Below are positions 30,636 to 39,150 of a stretch of 64,000 bases of DNA, in pieces; positions within the stretch are counted from its first letter, which is position 1; each line of letters begins with the position of its first letter. Under the pieces are notes generated by a model. It was not told where the DNA came from. It searched no databases and saw only the letters and a program-made list of their open reading frames with translations. Location of the stretch: positions 64,001 to 128,000 of the IMG/VR virus record IMGVR_UViG_3300028558_000001. One strand, written 5' to 3'. The translations under genes and the position numbers were made by a program. Source of the DNA: a virus.

Positions 30636-30725
30636 CAGACAAATAGCCTATCTCTAAAAGAGACTCACTGAATAGTCAGTAATTCAAATATCTTTCAAAC
30701 CAACTAAGGAACTAGGACTATATAA

Positions 30726-30911
30726 ATGCGTGAATACGTGAAGAATATTGCTCATGATCGTTCAAAAAAGAATGAAACTTATGATGAGCCTTATGAAATT
30801 GATTTATCTGAGGAACATGAAGCTTCGAAGAAAAATCGCTCTGAAAAGAGAAATCACAAGGACAAGGATTATCGGCGCAAATATGAGGATGATGATGATG
30901 GATGGAATTGA
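30726..30911 (+). CDS. Small charged hypothetical protein
   Basis: AGGA SD, highly charged 61 aa. Confidence 0.45.
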   Translation: MREYVKNIAHDRSKKNETYDEPYEIDLSEEHEASKKNRSEKRNHKDKDYRRKYEDDDDGWN

Positions 30912-31092
30912 TTTAAAAGATATTTCGGATGACTATCTAGTTGATCGTTATGATTACCTAGATGCTCTGATCAATATTGATGGATGGGATTGGAATCCTT
31001 CTATCCTCTCTGCTTTTGAGGTAGAGAAATCATTGGTATGGAAAGAGTTCATGACAAGAACTGACCCTAAAAAACATGAAGTGGAGAAGTAA
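30898..31092 (+). CDS. Hypothetical protein (start approximate)
   Basis: 3' part of track ORF 30748-31092 (MDGIDLKD...). Confidence 0.4.
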   Translation: MDGIDLKDISDDYLVDRYDYLDALINIDGWDWNPSILSAFEVEKSLVWKEFMTRTDPKKHEVEK

Positions 31093-31095
31093 ATT

Positions 31096-31320
31096 TTGTT
31101 AACAGCTATTATGCTTGTTCTACTACTTTATTGCTTCTATCGCATCGTGAAGTTTATTTGGTTCCGAGCACCACCTTACGCTGATTATTCGTCATCTTAT
31201 CTTGACTCGGCGGAAGAAGTATACTATAATACTGAAATTGAAGGTCGAACAGATCGCTATTACGATCCAAAGACCCATAATATGCACGTTCCCTATAAGA
31301 AGGAAGAAAATGGAAATTAA
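31096..31320 (+). CDS. Small membrane-anchored hypothetical protein
   Basis: N-terminal hydrophobic helix, GGAG SD. Confidence 0.45.
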   Translation: MLTAIMLVLLLYCFYRIVKFIWFRAPPYADYSSSYLDSAEEVYYNTEIEGRTDRYYDPKTHNMHVPYKKEENGN

Positions 31321-32293
31321 TGAATTAAATAGGAACGCCAAGGGAGGAACAGAACTTCTGATGGAAAGGCTTTACTCCACCATTCCATCAGAAGTTCTAG
31401 ATAAGTTTCAAATCATTCCCTCTCGCGTTAGAGAGTTAGATAAATATAAGATTAGAATCTTATATGCCCATGACCTAGCAGAAGACCCTGAATCAGAAGC
31501 GGCTCTAGAACATGGTAAGTGGCAGAATTTCCATAAAATTGTTTTCGTATCTAATTGGCAGATGCAATCATTTATCAATAGGTATAGAATTCCTTGGTCA
31601 TCATGTCTAGTGATTCCAAATTCAATCGAACCTATTAAGTGGGTCGATAGGCCAAACGGAAACATTAAGATAATTTATCATTCAACCCCTCATCGTGGTT
31701 TGAATATCCTAGTTCCAGTATTTGAGAAACTAGCAGAAGTAGATAAAGAGATTGAACTAGACGTTTATTCATCATTTGAATTATATGGATGGAAAGAACG
31801 TGATGCTCCTTTCGAAGAACTTTTCGAGAAGTGCCGTACTCATCCACAAATTCGGTATCATGGCTCTCAGCCTAATGACGTGATCCGTCAGGCCGTATCG
31901 GAAGCTGATATTTTCGCTTATCCCAATACGTGGCAAGAAACCTCCTGTCTTTGTTTAATTGAAGCTATGGCCGCTGGCTGTCTATGTGTCCATCCTAACT
32001 ATGGCGCTCTCTATGAGACTGCTATGAACTGGACGAACATGTATCAGTGGCATGAAGACATTAACGTACATGCTAATGGATTTTATTCATTACTGTTACA
32101 GGCAATCTCACAGGTACGTTCTGGGGATATGGCTACTCGTCTTAGAAGTCAGTCAGAAATGTCTAACATTATCTATGACTGGAATAACAGAAAATATCAG
32201 TGGGAAGGTCTATTAAACAACCTTCTATCTACGGTAACTGATACGTCTCTAAATTATGATAATAAAGTAATAACATTTAACACAGGATCATAA
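31310..32293 (+). CDS. Glycosyltransferase (GT-B, GT4-like)
   Basis: GGTE, FVSNWQ, YHSTPHRGL, YPNTWQETSCLCLIEAMAAG; true start at ATG 31310. Confidence 0.88.
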   Translation: MEINELNRNAKGGTELLMERLYSTIPSEVLDKFQIIPSRVRELDKYKIRILYAHDLAEDPESEAALEHGKWQNFHKIVFVSNWQMQSFINRYRIPWSSCLVIPNSIEPIKWVDRPNGNIKIIYHSTPHRGLNILVPVFEKLAEVDKEIELDVYSSFELYGWKERDAPFEELFEKCRTHPQIRYHGSQPNDVIRQAVSEADIFAYPNTWQETSCLCLIEAMAAGCLCVHPNYGALYETAMNWTNMYQWHEDINVHANGFYSLLLQAISQVRSGDMATRLRSQSEMSNIIYDWNNRKYQWEGLLNNLLSTVTDTSLNYDNKVITFNTGS

Positions 32294-32295
32294 TT

Positions 32296-32709
32296 TTGAG
32301 TACAGTTTCAAATAATATTTTAAGTTTTCCAGTAAATGATAATCTTCCTTATACGCCTCCAAAGACGAGGGAACAAATTAGAGAGAACATTGATTTAATC
32401 AGACAGATTCATGTTCAGGAAGCTCTTGAAATTGTTATGGAACTAATGTTTACCCATCTGCAATTAGCCGGGTTTAATATTGATGATGAGAATACTCCTT
32501 CACAAAGAGAAGGCGCTTTCATCGCAGAATCCATTCGGTCAGTTCTCCTAAATATCTATGGGATTGATCATCCCTTCCAGAAGATTTGTGACAACATCTT
32601 CGTTGAACGGAAAGATGGTTCTCTTGATATTGCTAAGGAAATTGCATTAGTTCTTAAGGAAGATAGTCCTGAACCTGAATTAGAATTAGAATTAGAAAAT
32701 GAGGAATAA
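32296..32709 (+). CDS. Conserved T4-like hypothetical protein
   Basis: NNILSFP...ESIRS.....GIDHPFQ; directly upstream of RNase H. Confidence 0.55.
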   Translation: MSTVSNNILSFPVNDNLPYTPPKTREQIRENIDLIRQIHVQEALEIVMELMFTHLQLAGFNIDDENTPSQREGAFIAESIRSVLLNIYGIDHPFQKICDNIFVERKDGSLDIAKEIALVLKEDSPEPELELELENEE

Positions 32710-33572
32710 TGATAATTATTGATATTAGTCAAACCATTATTAGTAATATAATGGTTTCTCCTGAAATGAAAGAATCAAAGAACCTAAATCTTGAAATGGT
32801 TCGCAGTATGGTTCTAAAGACAATCAAATCATTCAATAATAAGTTTAAGAATGAGTATGGTAAGTTAGTTATTGCCGTCGATGCTGGTAATACATGGCGC
32901 AGGGAATATTTTCCTTATTATAAAGTAAAGCGTCGTGAAGCACATGCAGAGTCAGTAATTGACTGGAAGAAAGTCTATGAAATTATCAGGATCATCAAGA
33001 ACGAATTGAAAGAAACCTTTCCTTATCCGGTGATTGAAGTTGAAGGAGCCGAAGCTGACGATGTTATTGCTTCTCTCTGTAAACATTTTGGTGAAGAAGG
33101 ATTTGGTGCTTCTGAAAAGATTTTGATCTTATCAAGAGACAAAGACTTTATCCAGCTACACAAGTATTCTAATGTGGATCAATTTGATCCTATTGGAGAC
33201 AAGTGGATTAGAAATATTGATCCAGAATTATATCTCAAAGAACATATCATCCGTGGTGATTCTGGAGATTCAATTCCAAACATCTTATCTGCTGATGATT
33301 GTTTTGCCTTAAAGATTAGGCAGAAGTCAATCATGACCAAGAAAGTTGATGTATGGCTAGGACAGGATTGGAAAGAATTCTGTGACGAAGATACATTGAA
33401 AAGAGTAGAAAGAAACACCACTCTTATTGATCTAACTAGAATTCCTCCAGCTATTGGGGTTAAGGTCATTGAAGAGTATTCCGCCCAACAAGGTAAACCC
33501 CGCAATAAGATTTTTAACTATATGATTAAGAATGGTTTAACAAGTCTTATGGATGACTTACAGGATTTTTAA
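32709..33572 (+). CDS. rnh: RNase H / 5'-3' flap exonuclease
   Basis: IIID, WRR..FPYYK..R, EADDVIA, S.DKDF.QL, GDSGDSIPNI. Confidence 0.93.
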   Translation: MIIIDISQTIISNIMVSPEMKESKNLNLEMVRSMVLKTIKSFNNKFKNEYGKLVIAVDAGNTWRREYFPYYKVKRREAHAESVIDWKKVYEIIRIIKNELKETFPYPVIEVEGAEADDVIASLCKHFGEEGFGASEKILILSRDKDFIQLHKYSNVDQFDPIGDKWIRNIDPELYLKEHIIRGDSGDSIPNILSADDCFALKIRQKSIMTKKVDVWLGQDWKEFCDEDTLKRVERNTTLIDLTRIPPAIGVKVIEEYSAQQGKPRNKIFNYMIKNGLTSLMDDLQDF

Positions 33573-33836
33573 ATGAATTTAGAAGAATTTTTAAAAAGAT
33601 ATACTGATGAAGTAGATACAGAAGATACTTTTAGATCACTGTTTCTTTCTGCTCAGTTAATGGAAGATTTAAAGGCAATTCAGGGTGTTGATGCTATTGA
33701 AGAGTTATATCAGATTATGAAGGTAGAGTTTACTGCTAAGGCTTCTTTAGAATTACTTACCGTAGATATGCTTGAATATATCTTAGAAAGAAAGAGAGAT
33801 AATGGTACAGAAGATAATCAACAGAACACTCAATAA
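33573..33836 (+). CDS. Small protein containing a major-capsid (gp23)-like segment
   Basis: LSAQLMEDLKAIQGVDAIEELYQIMKVEF resembles gp23 YSIELAQDLRAVHGMDADAELSGILATEI. Confidence 0.7.
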   Translation: MNLEEFLKRYTDEVDTEDTFRSLFLSAQLMEDLKAIQGVDAIEELYQIMKVEFTAKASLELLTVDMLEYILERKRDNGTEDNQQNTQ

Positions 33837-34245
33837 TTTTTTTAATAGTGTTCAAGAAACCGAAATTGGTTCAGGAGTTAGATTTCCTATCAGAGCAACT
33901 ATTAAGTTGATTCTAGAAAATCAAGAATTGTTTTCTTTAAAGACAACAGCAGATGCACCAACATTTCTTTATAATGACCTTGCATATCTTGTTATGTCAA
34001 AGGCATTAAAAACTAAATTTGATTTATCTCAGACAATTGATGATAGGTTAATGAATCCAAAGCATTATGAAGATGATTATATAGATTTGGTAGTTAATGA
34101 GTTAGTATCCCTTATTAAAAGAGAAACAGAAGATGGTTCAATTTATATTATGTATGCACCAATCATTCTTGTGAAAGCTATTGATCCTGTTACCTATCAG
34201 CCTCAGATTGCATTTAAGACTAGATATGGTCTAGTAAAGAAGTGA
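33802..34245 (+). CDS. Mini major-capsid-like protein (gp23 N- and C-terminal motifs)
   Basis: RATIKLILENQE (gp23 N-term ..LENQE) and YAPIILVKAIDPVTYQPQIAFKTRYGLV (gp23 C-term ..DP..FQP.MGFKTRYG). Confidence 0.75.
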   Translation: MVQKIINRTLNNFFNSVQETEIGSGVRFPIRATIKLILENQELFSLKTTADAPTFLYNDLAYLVMSKALKTKFDLSQTIDDRLMNPKHYEDDYIDLVVNELVSLIKRETEDGSIYIMYAPIILVKAIDPVTYQPQIAFKTRYGLVKK

Positions 34246-34283
34246 TAACACAAGAAAGATTAAAAGAATTCGCTAATTTTTAA
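34242..34283 (+). pseudogene. Remnant N-terminus of an HNH/AP2-type homing endonuclease
   Basis: GTG ATA ACA CAA GAA AGA TTA AAA GAA... = MITQERLKEFANF*, matching the typical M(I/L)TQERLKE start. Confidence 0.4.
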
Positions 34284-34306
34284 TAAAAAAAGGAGTTACT
34301 ACCATT

Positions 34307-34765
34307 TTGCTATCAATTTCTGAAATTCTCGGCAAGTATGCCGAACTAAAGACCAAGGATGAAAAGATTGCTTGGTTACGTAAGAATGAATCATATGCTT
34401 TAAAGATGGTTCTCGTTGGTGCATATGATCCTAACGTTGTTTGGGATTTGCCAGAGGAAGACCCTAAGTATACTCCAAGTCCTTATCTAGATCAGGAGTC
34501 AATGCTCTATAAGGAAGCACGTAGATTTTATCTATTCACTCCTAATGGTAATCCAAACATTTCTAAGGAAAAGAAGATTTTACTTTTCACTCAGCTACTA
34601 GAAATGGTTACTCCGTCAGATGCTACTATGTTACTACATATGCGTGATAAGAAGTTACCATATGCTGGTCTAAATGCCAAGAGCATTAATGAGGCTTTCC
34701 CCGGTCTAATTCCAATGGTTGAATCATCTAAGGAAAAGAAGAAACTAGATTCTGAAACAACCTAA
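34307..34765 (+). CDS. Conserved T4-like protein (DUF6433-like)
   Basis: ISEIL...K..KI..LR, YDPNVVWDLPE, LYKEARRFYLF, EAFPGLI. Confidence 0.65.
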   Translation: MLSISEILGKYAELKTKDEKIAWLRKNESYALKMVLVGAYDPNVVWDLPEEDPKYTPSPYLDQESMLYKEARRFYLFTPNGNPNISKEKKILLFTQLLEMVTPSDATMLLHMRDKKLPYAGLNAKSINEAFPGLIPMVESSKEKKKLDSETT

Positions 34766-34805
34766 TAAGATAAATATTAGGAGTTCAATTGAACGGAGTA
34801 AATTA

Positions 34806-35030
34806 TTGCCTACATATACTTTTTTGAATAAAGAGACTAATGAAGAATTTACTGACTTCATGAAGTGGAGTGATCTAGAACAATACTTATCAGACAATCC
34901 AAATTTACTATGTCTTCCATCTGCGCCTAGAATTGTTTCTGGGGTGGATACTAGACCTACAAATAATTTTAATGATCGTCTCAAAGATATTAAGAAATCA
35001 CATATGCATTCTACTGTTAAAACTTTCTGA
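34806..35030 (+). CDS. FmdB-like small regulatory protein
   Basis: MPTYTF.NKET.EEF; typical position upstream of phoH in T4-like phages. Confidence 0.65.
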   Translation: MPTYTFLNKETNEEFTDFMKWSDLEQYLSDNPNLLCLPSAPRIVSGVDTRPTNNFNDRLKDIKKSHMHSTVKTF

Positions 35031-35090
35031 TTGCATATTTTGTTGTCATTGAACTTAAATTCCCCAACAATACTAATAATAAAGGGTAAA

Positions 35091-35861
35091 ATGACCGATT
35101 TAGAAGAATCTGACCTTCCTCGTAGCAGGAAAGAACGTCGCCGCGCTCGTCGTGGAGGCAAAAGAAATCCCAATAATAACAATAATCAACCACAACCAAC
35201 TAAAGTTAATCTTGTATTAAAGACAGTTAATCCCTTAACTAAAAATCAAGATATTGCTTTTAAAGCCTATAGAGAAAAGCATTTATTACTTCATGGTTAT
35301 GCTGGTACAGGTAAAAGCTTCTTAGCTCTTTACTTTGCATTAAATGACGTATTAAATAATCAACTCTATGATAAAGTGATTATTATTAAATCGGCAGTTC
35401 AATCTAGAAATCAGGGTCATATGCCCGGAAATCAGGAACAAAAGCAAGCAGTCTTTGAGGCTCCATATCATTCCATTTGTTCAGATTTATTTGGACGCGG
35501 TGATGCATATGATGTTCTAAAGCAGAAGCGTATTGTTGAATTCACTACCACTTCATTCCTACGTGGTGAAACTCTTAATAATGCAGTAGTAATTCTAGAA
35601 GAAGTTCAGAATATGAACGATACTGAAATTAATACTTGTGTCACTAGATTAGGTGAAAATTCTAAGCTAATCATCAATGGTGACTTTAGACAGAATGATC
35701 TAGCTAATAGAAGAAATGAAGAATCAGGTATTGGTAAACTACTAGAAGTAGTAGATTATATGGGATGCTTCACCAAGATCGAAATGCAAATTGAAGATAT
35801 TGTTAGAAGTAAGTTAGTAAAAGACTGGATTGTTGCTCGTTCAAGAATTGGTCTAGTATAA
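35091..35861 (+). CDS. phoH: PhoH-family ATPase
   Basis: PLTKNQ, GYAGTGKS, FLRGETL, EEVQN, TRLGENSK, GDFRQ.D, DIVRS. Confidence 0.92.
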   Translation: MTDLEESDLPRSRKERRRARRGGKRNPNNNNNQPQPTKVNLVLKTVNPLTKNQDIAFKAYREKHLLLHGYAGTGKSFLALYFALNDVLNNQLYDKVIIIKSAVQSRNQGHMPGNQEQKQAVFEAPYHSICSDLFGRGDAYDVLKQKRIVEFTTTSFLRGETLNNAVVILEEVQNMNDTEINTCVTRLGENSKLIINGDFRQNDLANRRNEESGIGKLLEVVDYMGCFTKIEMQIEDIVRSKLVKDWIVARSRIGLV

Positions 35862-35862
35862 G

Positions 35863-36519
35863 GTGTTCAATCACTATTTGTTTCCGCGTACTGAAATCTC
35901 TGATCAGATAATAAATGATCAGAGATTTTATACAATACCGGATGGTCAAAAGTTCAAGTCAGTGACTACTCGTATTTCTGAATATTTAGAAAAGACTGGT
36001 GGACATGATTACCTTCATGCATGGCGAGAAGCCATTGGCGATGAAGAAGCCAATAAACAAATGGAGTTTGCCGCAGTACGCGGTTCAATTATTCATAACC
36101 TGTGCGAACAGTATGTTATGAATAATAAGTTTTGGAAGCGTGGAACTATGCCGTTCCACCTAGAAAGCTTCCTTCTACTTAAGAAAGAACTTGACAATCA
36201 CTTGACAATGGTTTATGGTATAGAATATCCGTTGTACTCTACTCGCCTAAAGACAGCCGGTAGGACTGATTTGATTGGTCAGTGGGATAAAGTGCCTTCA
36301 ATCATTGACTATAAAACGTCGAAAAAACTAAAAGAAGAAAAAAATATCTTAGGCTACTTTATTCAGAGCGCGTGTTATGCTATAATGCTCAATGAATTGA
36401 TCGGGACTAATATCAAGCAAGTTGTTATCCTTATAACAGTCGATCATGAACCAAACGCCCAAGTTTTTATTAAACCCGTTTCAGACTATAAGGATTTAGT
36501 CGAGGAAGTGTTTGGATAG
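35863..36519 (+). CDS. PD-(D/E)xK exonuclease (Cas4/RecB-like)
   Basis: SVTT, RGS.IH, E..LYS, AGRTD, IIDYKTS, Q..CYA.M. Confidence 0.85.
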   Translation: MFNHYLFPRTEISDQIINDQRFYTIPDGQKFKSVTTRISEYLEKTGGHDYLHAWREAIGDEEANKQMEFAAVRGSIIHNLCEQYVMNNKFWKRGTMPFHLESFLLLKKELDNHLTMVYGIEYPLYSTRLKTAGRTDLIGQWDKVPSIIDYKTSKKLKEEKNILGYFIQSACYAIMLNELIGTNIKQVVILITVDHEPNAQVFIKPVSDYKDLVEEVFG

Positions 36520-36588
36520 GAATAAAATGTTACTTATATGGTACATGGCTTATATTGTATATTGGATTGGAAAATTCGAAACTAATTA

Positions 36589-36795
36589 ATGGAGTTAATT
36601 ATGATTAAAACATTTGTGTATTCATTTCTAATGGTGATGGTATTATTAGTTACTATTTTTGGTTCATTTTTTGCATTTATTGGATTATGTGGTTTTGTAT
36701 TATCAATGCCGCTTTCACTTCTTGTTGGAACCATATTATCAGCAAGTTTTGATATTGCAGTAATTGTTACACTACTAGAACATTTAGAAGGATAA
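36589..36795 (+). CDS. Small membrane protein
   Basis: Two hydrophobic segments. Confidence 0.5.
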   Translation: MELIMIKTFVYSFLMVMVLLVTIFGSFFAFIGLCGFVLSMPLSLLVGTILSASFDIAVIVTLLEHLEG

Positions 36796-36799
36796 AATT

Positions 36800-37249
36800 A
36801 TGAGTGTTATTGAACGAATTCGAGCAGATCAATTAACTGCCCGAAAGGCAAAGGAATTACAAAAGGTTGCCATGCTTTCTACTCTACTTGGTGAAATCAC
36901 TAAGGTTGGTAAAGATAATGGAAATCGTGAAACAACTGAGGCAGAAGCAATTGCTGTAATTAAGAAGTTTGAAAAGAATGTTCTTGATACAATGTTGATT
37001 GTAGAAAAGACCAATCCTTCTAGGATCAAGGAATTTCTAGACGAAGCTTCCGTATATAATTCATATCTTCCACAACAATTATCAGATCAAGAACTAAATA
37101 AGATTATTGCTCTTTTCATTGTTGAGAATTCAACTATGGATATTGTTGTTCAAATGAAAGATATTATGGCTTTCTTGAAGAATGAATATGCTGGTCTTTA
37201 TGATGGTAAGTCAGCATCTACTATTGCAAATCAATTATTGAAAGGTTAA
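36800..37249 (+). CDS. GatB/YqeY domain protein
   Basis: ARKAK...L.TLLGE, YLPQQLS..EL, IM..LK..YAG.YDGK. Confidence 0.85.
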   Translation: MSVIERIRADQLTARKAKELQKVAMLSTLLGEITKVGKDNGNRETTEAEAIAVIKKFEKNVLDTMLIVEKTNPSRIKEFLDEASVYNSYLPQQLSDQELNKIIALFIVENSTMDIVVQMKDIMAFLKNEYAGLYDGKSASTIANQLLKG

Positions 37250-37251
37250 AA

Positions 37252-37452
37252 ATGGATACTCAAAATGGTGGCTTAGGAGTACTAAGCGTATTAGGAATTA
37301 TTTTTATTGTACTTAAGTTGACTGGTGTTATTGCTTGGTCATGGTGGCTAGTTCTAGCTCCTATCTATATTCCTCTTGTTCTTTCTTTTATTGCTATTGG
37401 TTTGGGAATTTATGTAGTAACCCGAATTAAGAAGTATGGTAAGGACAGTTAA
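37252..37452 (+). CDS. Small two-TM membrane protein
   Basis: IFIVLKLTGVIAWSWWLVLAP motif common in phage membrane proteins. Confidence 0.7.
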   Translation: MDTQNGGLGVLSVLGIIFIVLKLTGVIAWSWWLVLAPIYIPLVLSFIAIGLGIYVVTRIKKYGKDS

Positions 37453-37454
37453 TA

Positions 37455-38537
37455 TTGACAATAACAAGACAAGATTGTATCAGAGAAATACAAAATATTG
37501 TTAATGAATCTGGACTTGAGAATATTACTAGAGATTACTTTAGATTAAACGCAAGTATTTCAGAACGTGATTGGATTTCTCATTTCGGTAATTTCCCTGA
37601 GTTTAAAAGACAGGCTGGCCTAGTTCCTTCCCGTCATGCTCAGAAGATCATTACACAAACCGCTCGTCATGCATCAGTAGATACGCTTCGATCATTTAAT
37701 GTTGAGAAGTATGGATATGAAGGAAAGTATACTAGAGACTCATCTAAGGTTTACCAAACCGTTTTAGTTGCCTCTGATATTCATGATACCCATGCTGATC
37801 CTTTTTACATGCGAATGCTTATTGAAGCCGCTAAGCGAGTACAACCAGAACGTATTGTTCTGAATGGAGACATTTTTGATTTTCCAGAATTTTCAAAATA
37901 TACTGTTGATCCTAGAGAATACGATGTATTGGGCCGTATTAAATGTGTCCATTCATATCTAGAAGCTCTACGTGAAGCAGCACCAGATGCACAGATTGAC
38001 CTAAATTCAGGTAATCATGAACATCGTTTGCTAAAGCATCTTGCAGAAGCAACACCGGCATTGGTAAACCTTCTATCTGATCTACATGGATTTACTATCT
38101 CATCATTACTAGGATTAGATAAGTATGAGATTAATTTCATTTCCAAGGATGACTTATCTGTTTTCTCTGAAAAGGATATGAAGAATGAGTTGAAGAAGAA
38201 CTATGTTGTAATTAATAATCAACTTCTTTTCCATCATTTTCCAGAGGGACAGCAGTTAGGGATTCCCGGTAGTAACGGGCATAACCATAAATTCTTATCT
38301 ACTTCAAAATTTAATCCAGCATATGGTTCATATCATTGGATTCAAACAGGTTGTGGACATATTCGCCATGCAAATTATTGTGATGGAAATAAATGGAATA
38401 ATGGTTTCTTACTCTACCATATGAATACTGAAACTAAACGTTCTCAGCCTGAATATGTAGATTGTACAAATGACTTCTGTATGCTTGGTGGAGTATTATA
38501 CCAAAGAACAGATAGTGAAATGAATTATTACGTTTAA
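37455..38537 (+). CDS. Calcineurin-like metallophosphoesterase with N-terminal DNA-binding-like repeat
   Basis: SDIH, LNGDIFD, GNHE, GHNH motifs; N-term HFG.F..FK..AGL. Confidence 0.85.
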   Translation: MTITRQDCIREIQNIVNESGLENITRDYFRLNASISERDWISHFGNFPEFKRQAGLVPSRHAQKIITQTARHASVDTLRSFNVEKYGYEGKYTRDSSKVYQTVLVASDIHDTHADPFYMRMLIEAAKRVQPERIVLNGDIFDFPEFSKYTVDPREYDVLGRIKCVHSYLEALREAAPDAQIDLNSGNHEHRLLKHLAEATPALVNLLSDLHGFTISSLLGLDKYEINFISKDDLSVFSEKDMKNELKKNYVVINNQLLFHHFPEGQQLGIPGSNGHNHKFLSTSKFNPAYGSYHWIQTGCGHIRHANYCDGNKWNNGFLLYHMNTETKRSQPEYVDCTNDFCMLGGVLYQRTDSEMNYYV

Positions 38538-38552
38538 GTAAAGGAAACTATA

Positions 38553-39116
38553 TTGTCTATTCCAGTTAATTATGGTAGTCTAACTGAAATCCAAATGCAG
38601 TTAGATGAACTTTCCTATATGGAAAATATTATCAAAGAAATGCCATCTGATGGTTTGATGGTAGAGTGGGGTTCTGGTGGATCGACAGTTCATTGGTTAA
38701 AGACCATGAAAGATGATCAAAGACTTATCAGCATTGAACATAATCCTACTTGGTATAAGAAGGTAGATGAAAATCTAACTGATCATTATGCAGAGGAAAA
38801 GAAGCGTCTAACGTATTATTATAAGAGAGAACAATATGGATTTGAGCATGGATATGCTTCTGTAATTGAAGAGCATCCATTTGGTACTGATCAATATTTA
38901 GTTCCTGATCTTGATATTATGAATGCTGACGTATTCTTTATTGATGGAATTGCCAGAGCAACCGTTGCTCTACTTGTTCTTGCCTTCTCTGCTAAGGAAG
39001 CTCCACCAATTTTCATTCATGATTATGTTGGCAGAGAAGCATGGTATCAATGGGCGGTCCAGTTCTACCCCAAGAAAGAAGTAGTCGGAAAGACATTGTT
39101 GAGACTATGGAAGTGA
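38553..39116 (+). CDS. Class I SAM-dependent methyltransferase
   Basis: MVEWGSGGST, SIEHN..W, FIDG..R, IHDY. Confidence 0.8.
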   Translation: MSIPVNYGSLTEIQMQLDELSYMENIIKEMPSDGLMVEWGSGGSTVHWLKTMKDDQRLISIEHNPTWYKKVDENLTDHYAEEKKRLTYYYKREQYGFEHGYASVIEEHPFGTDQYLVPDLDIMNADVFFIDGIARATVALLVLAFSAKEAPPIFIHDYVGREAWYQWAVQFYPKKEVVGKTLLRLWK

Positions 39117-39122
39117 TGATAC

Positions 39123-39130
39123 TATAAATA
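39123..39130 (+). promoter_or_regulatory. T4-type late promoter TATAAATA
   Basis: Exact consensus 20 nt upstream of the nucleotidyltransferase gene. Confidence 0.7.
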
Positions 39131-39150
39131 ATTATAAACGGAGTTTATAA

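Noticed and set aside
35863-36519. Cas4-like nuclease suggesting a CRISPR system
   Set aside because: No repeat-spacer array or other cas genes seen; it is the usual exonuclease next to phoH in T4-like phages.
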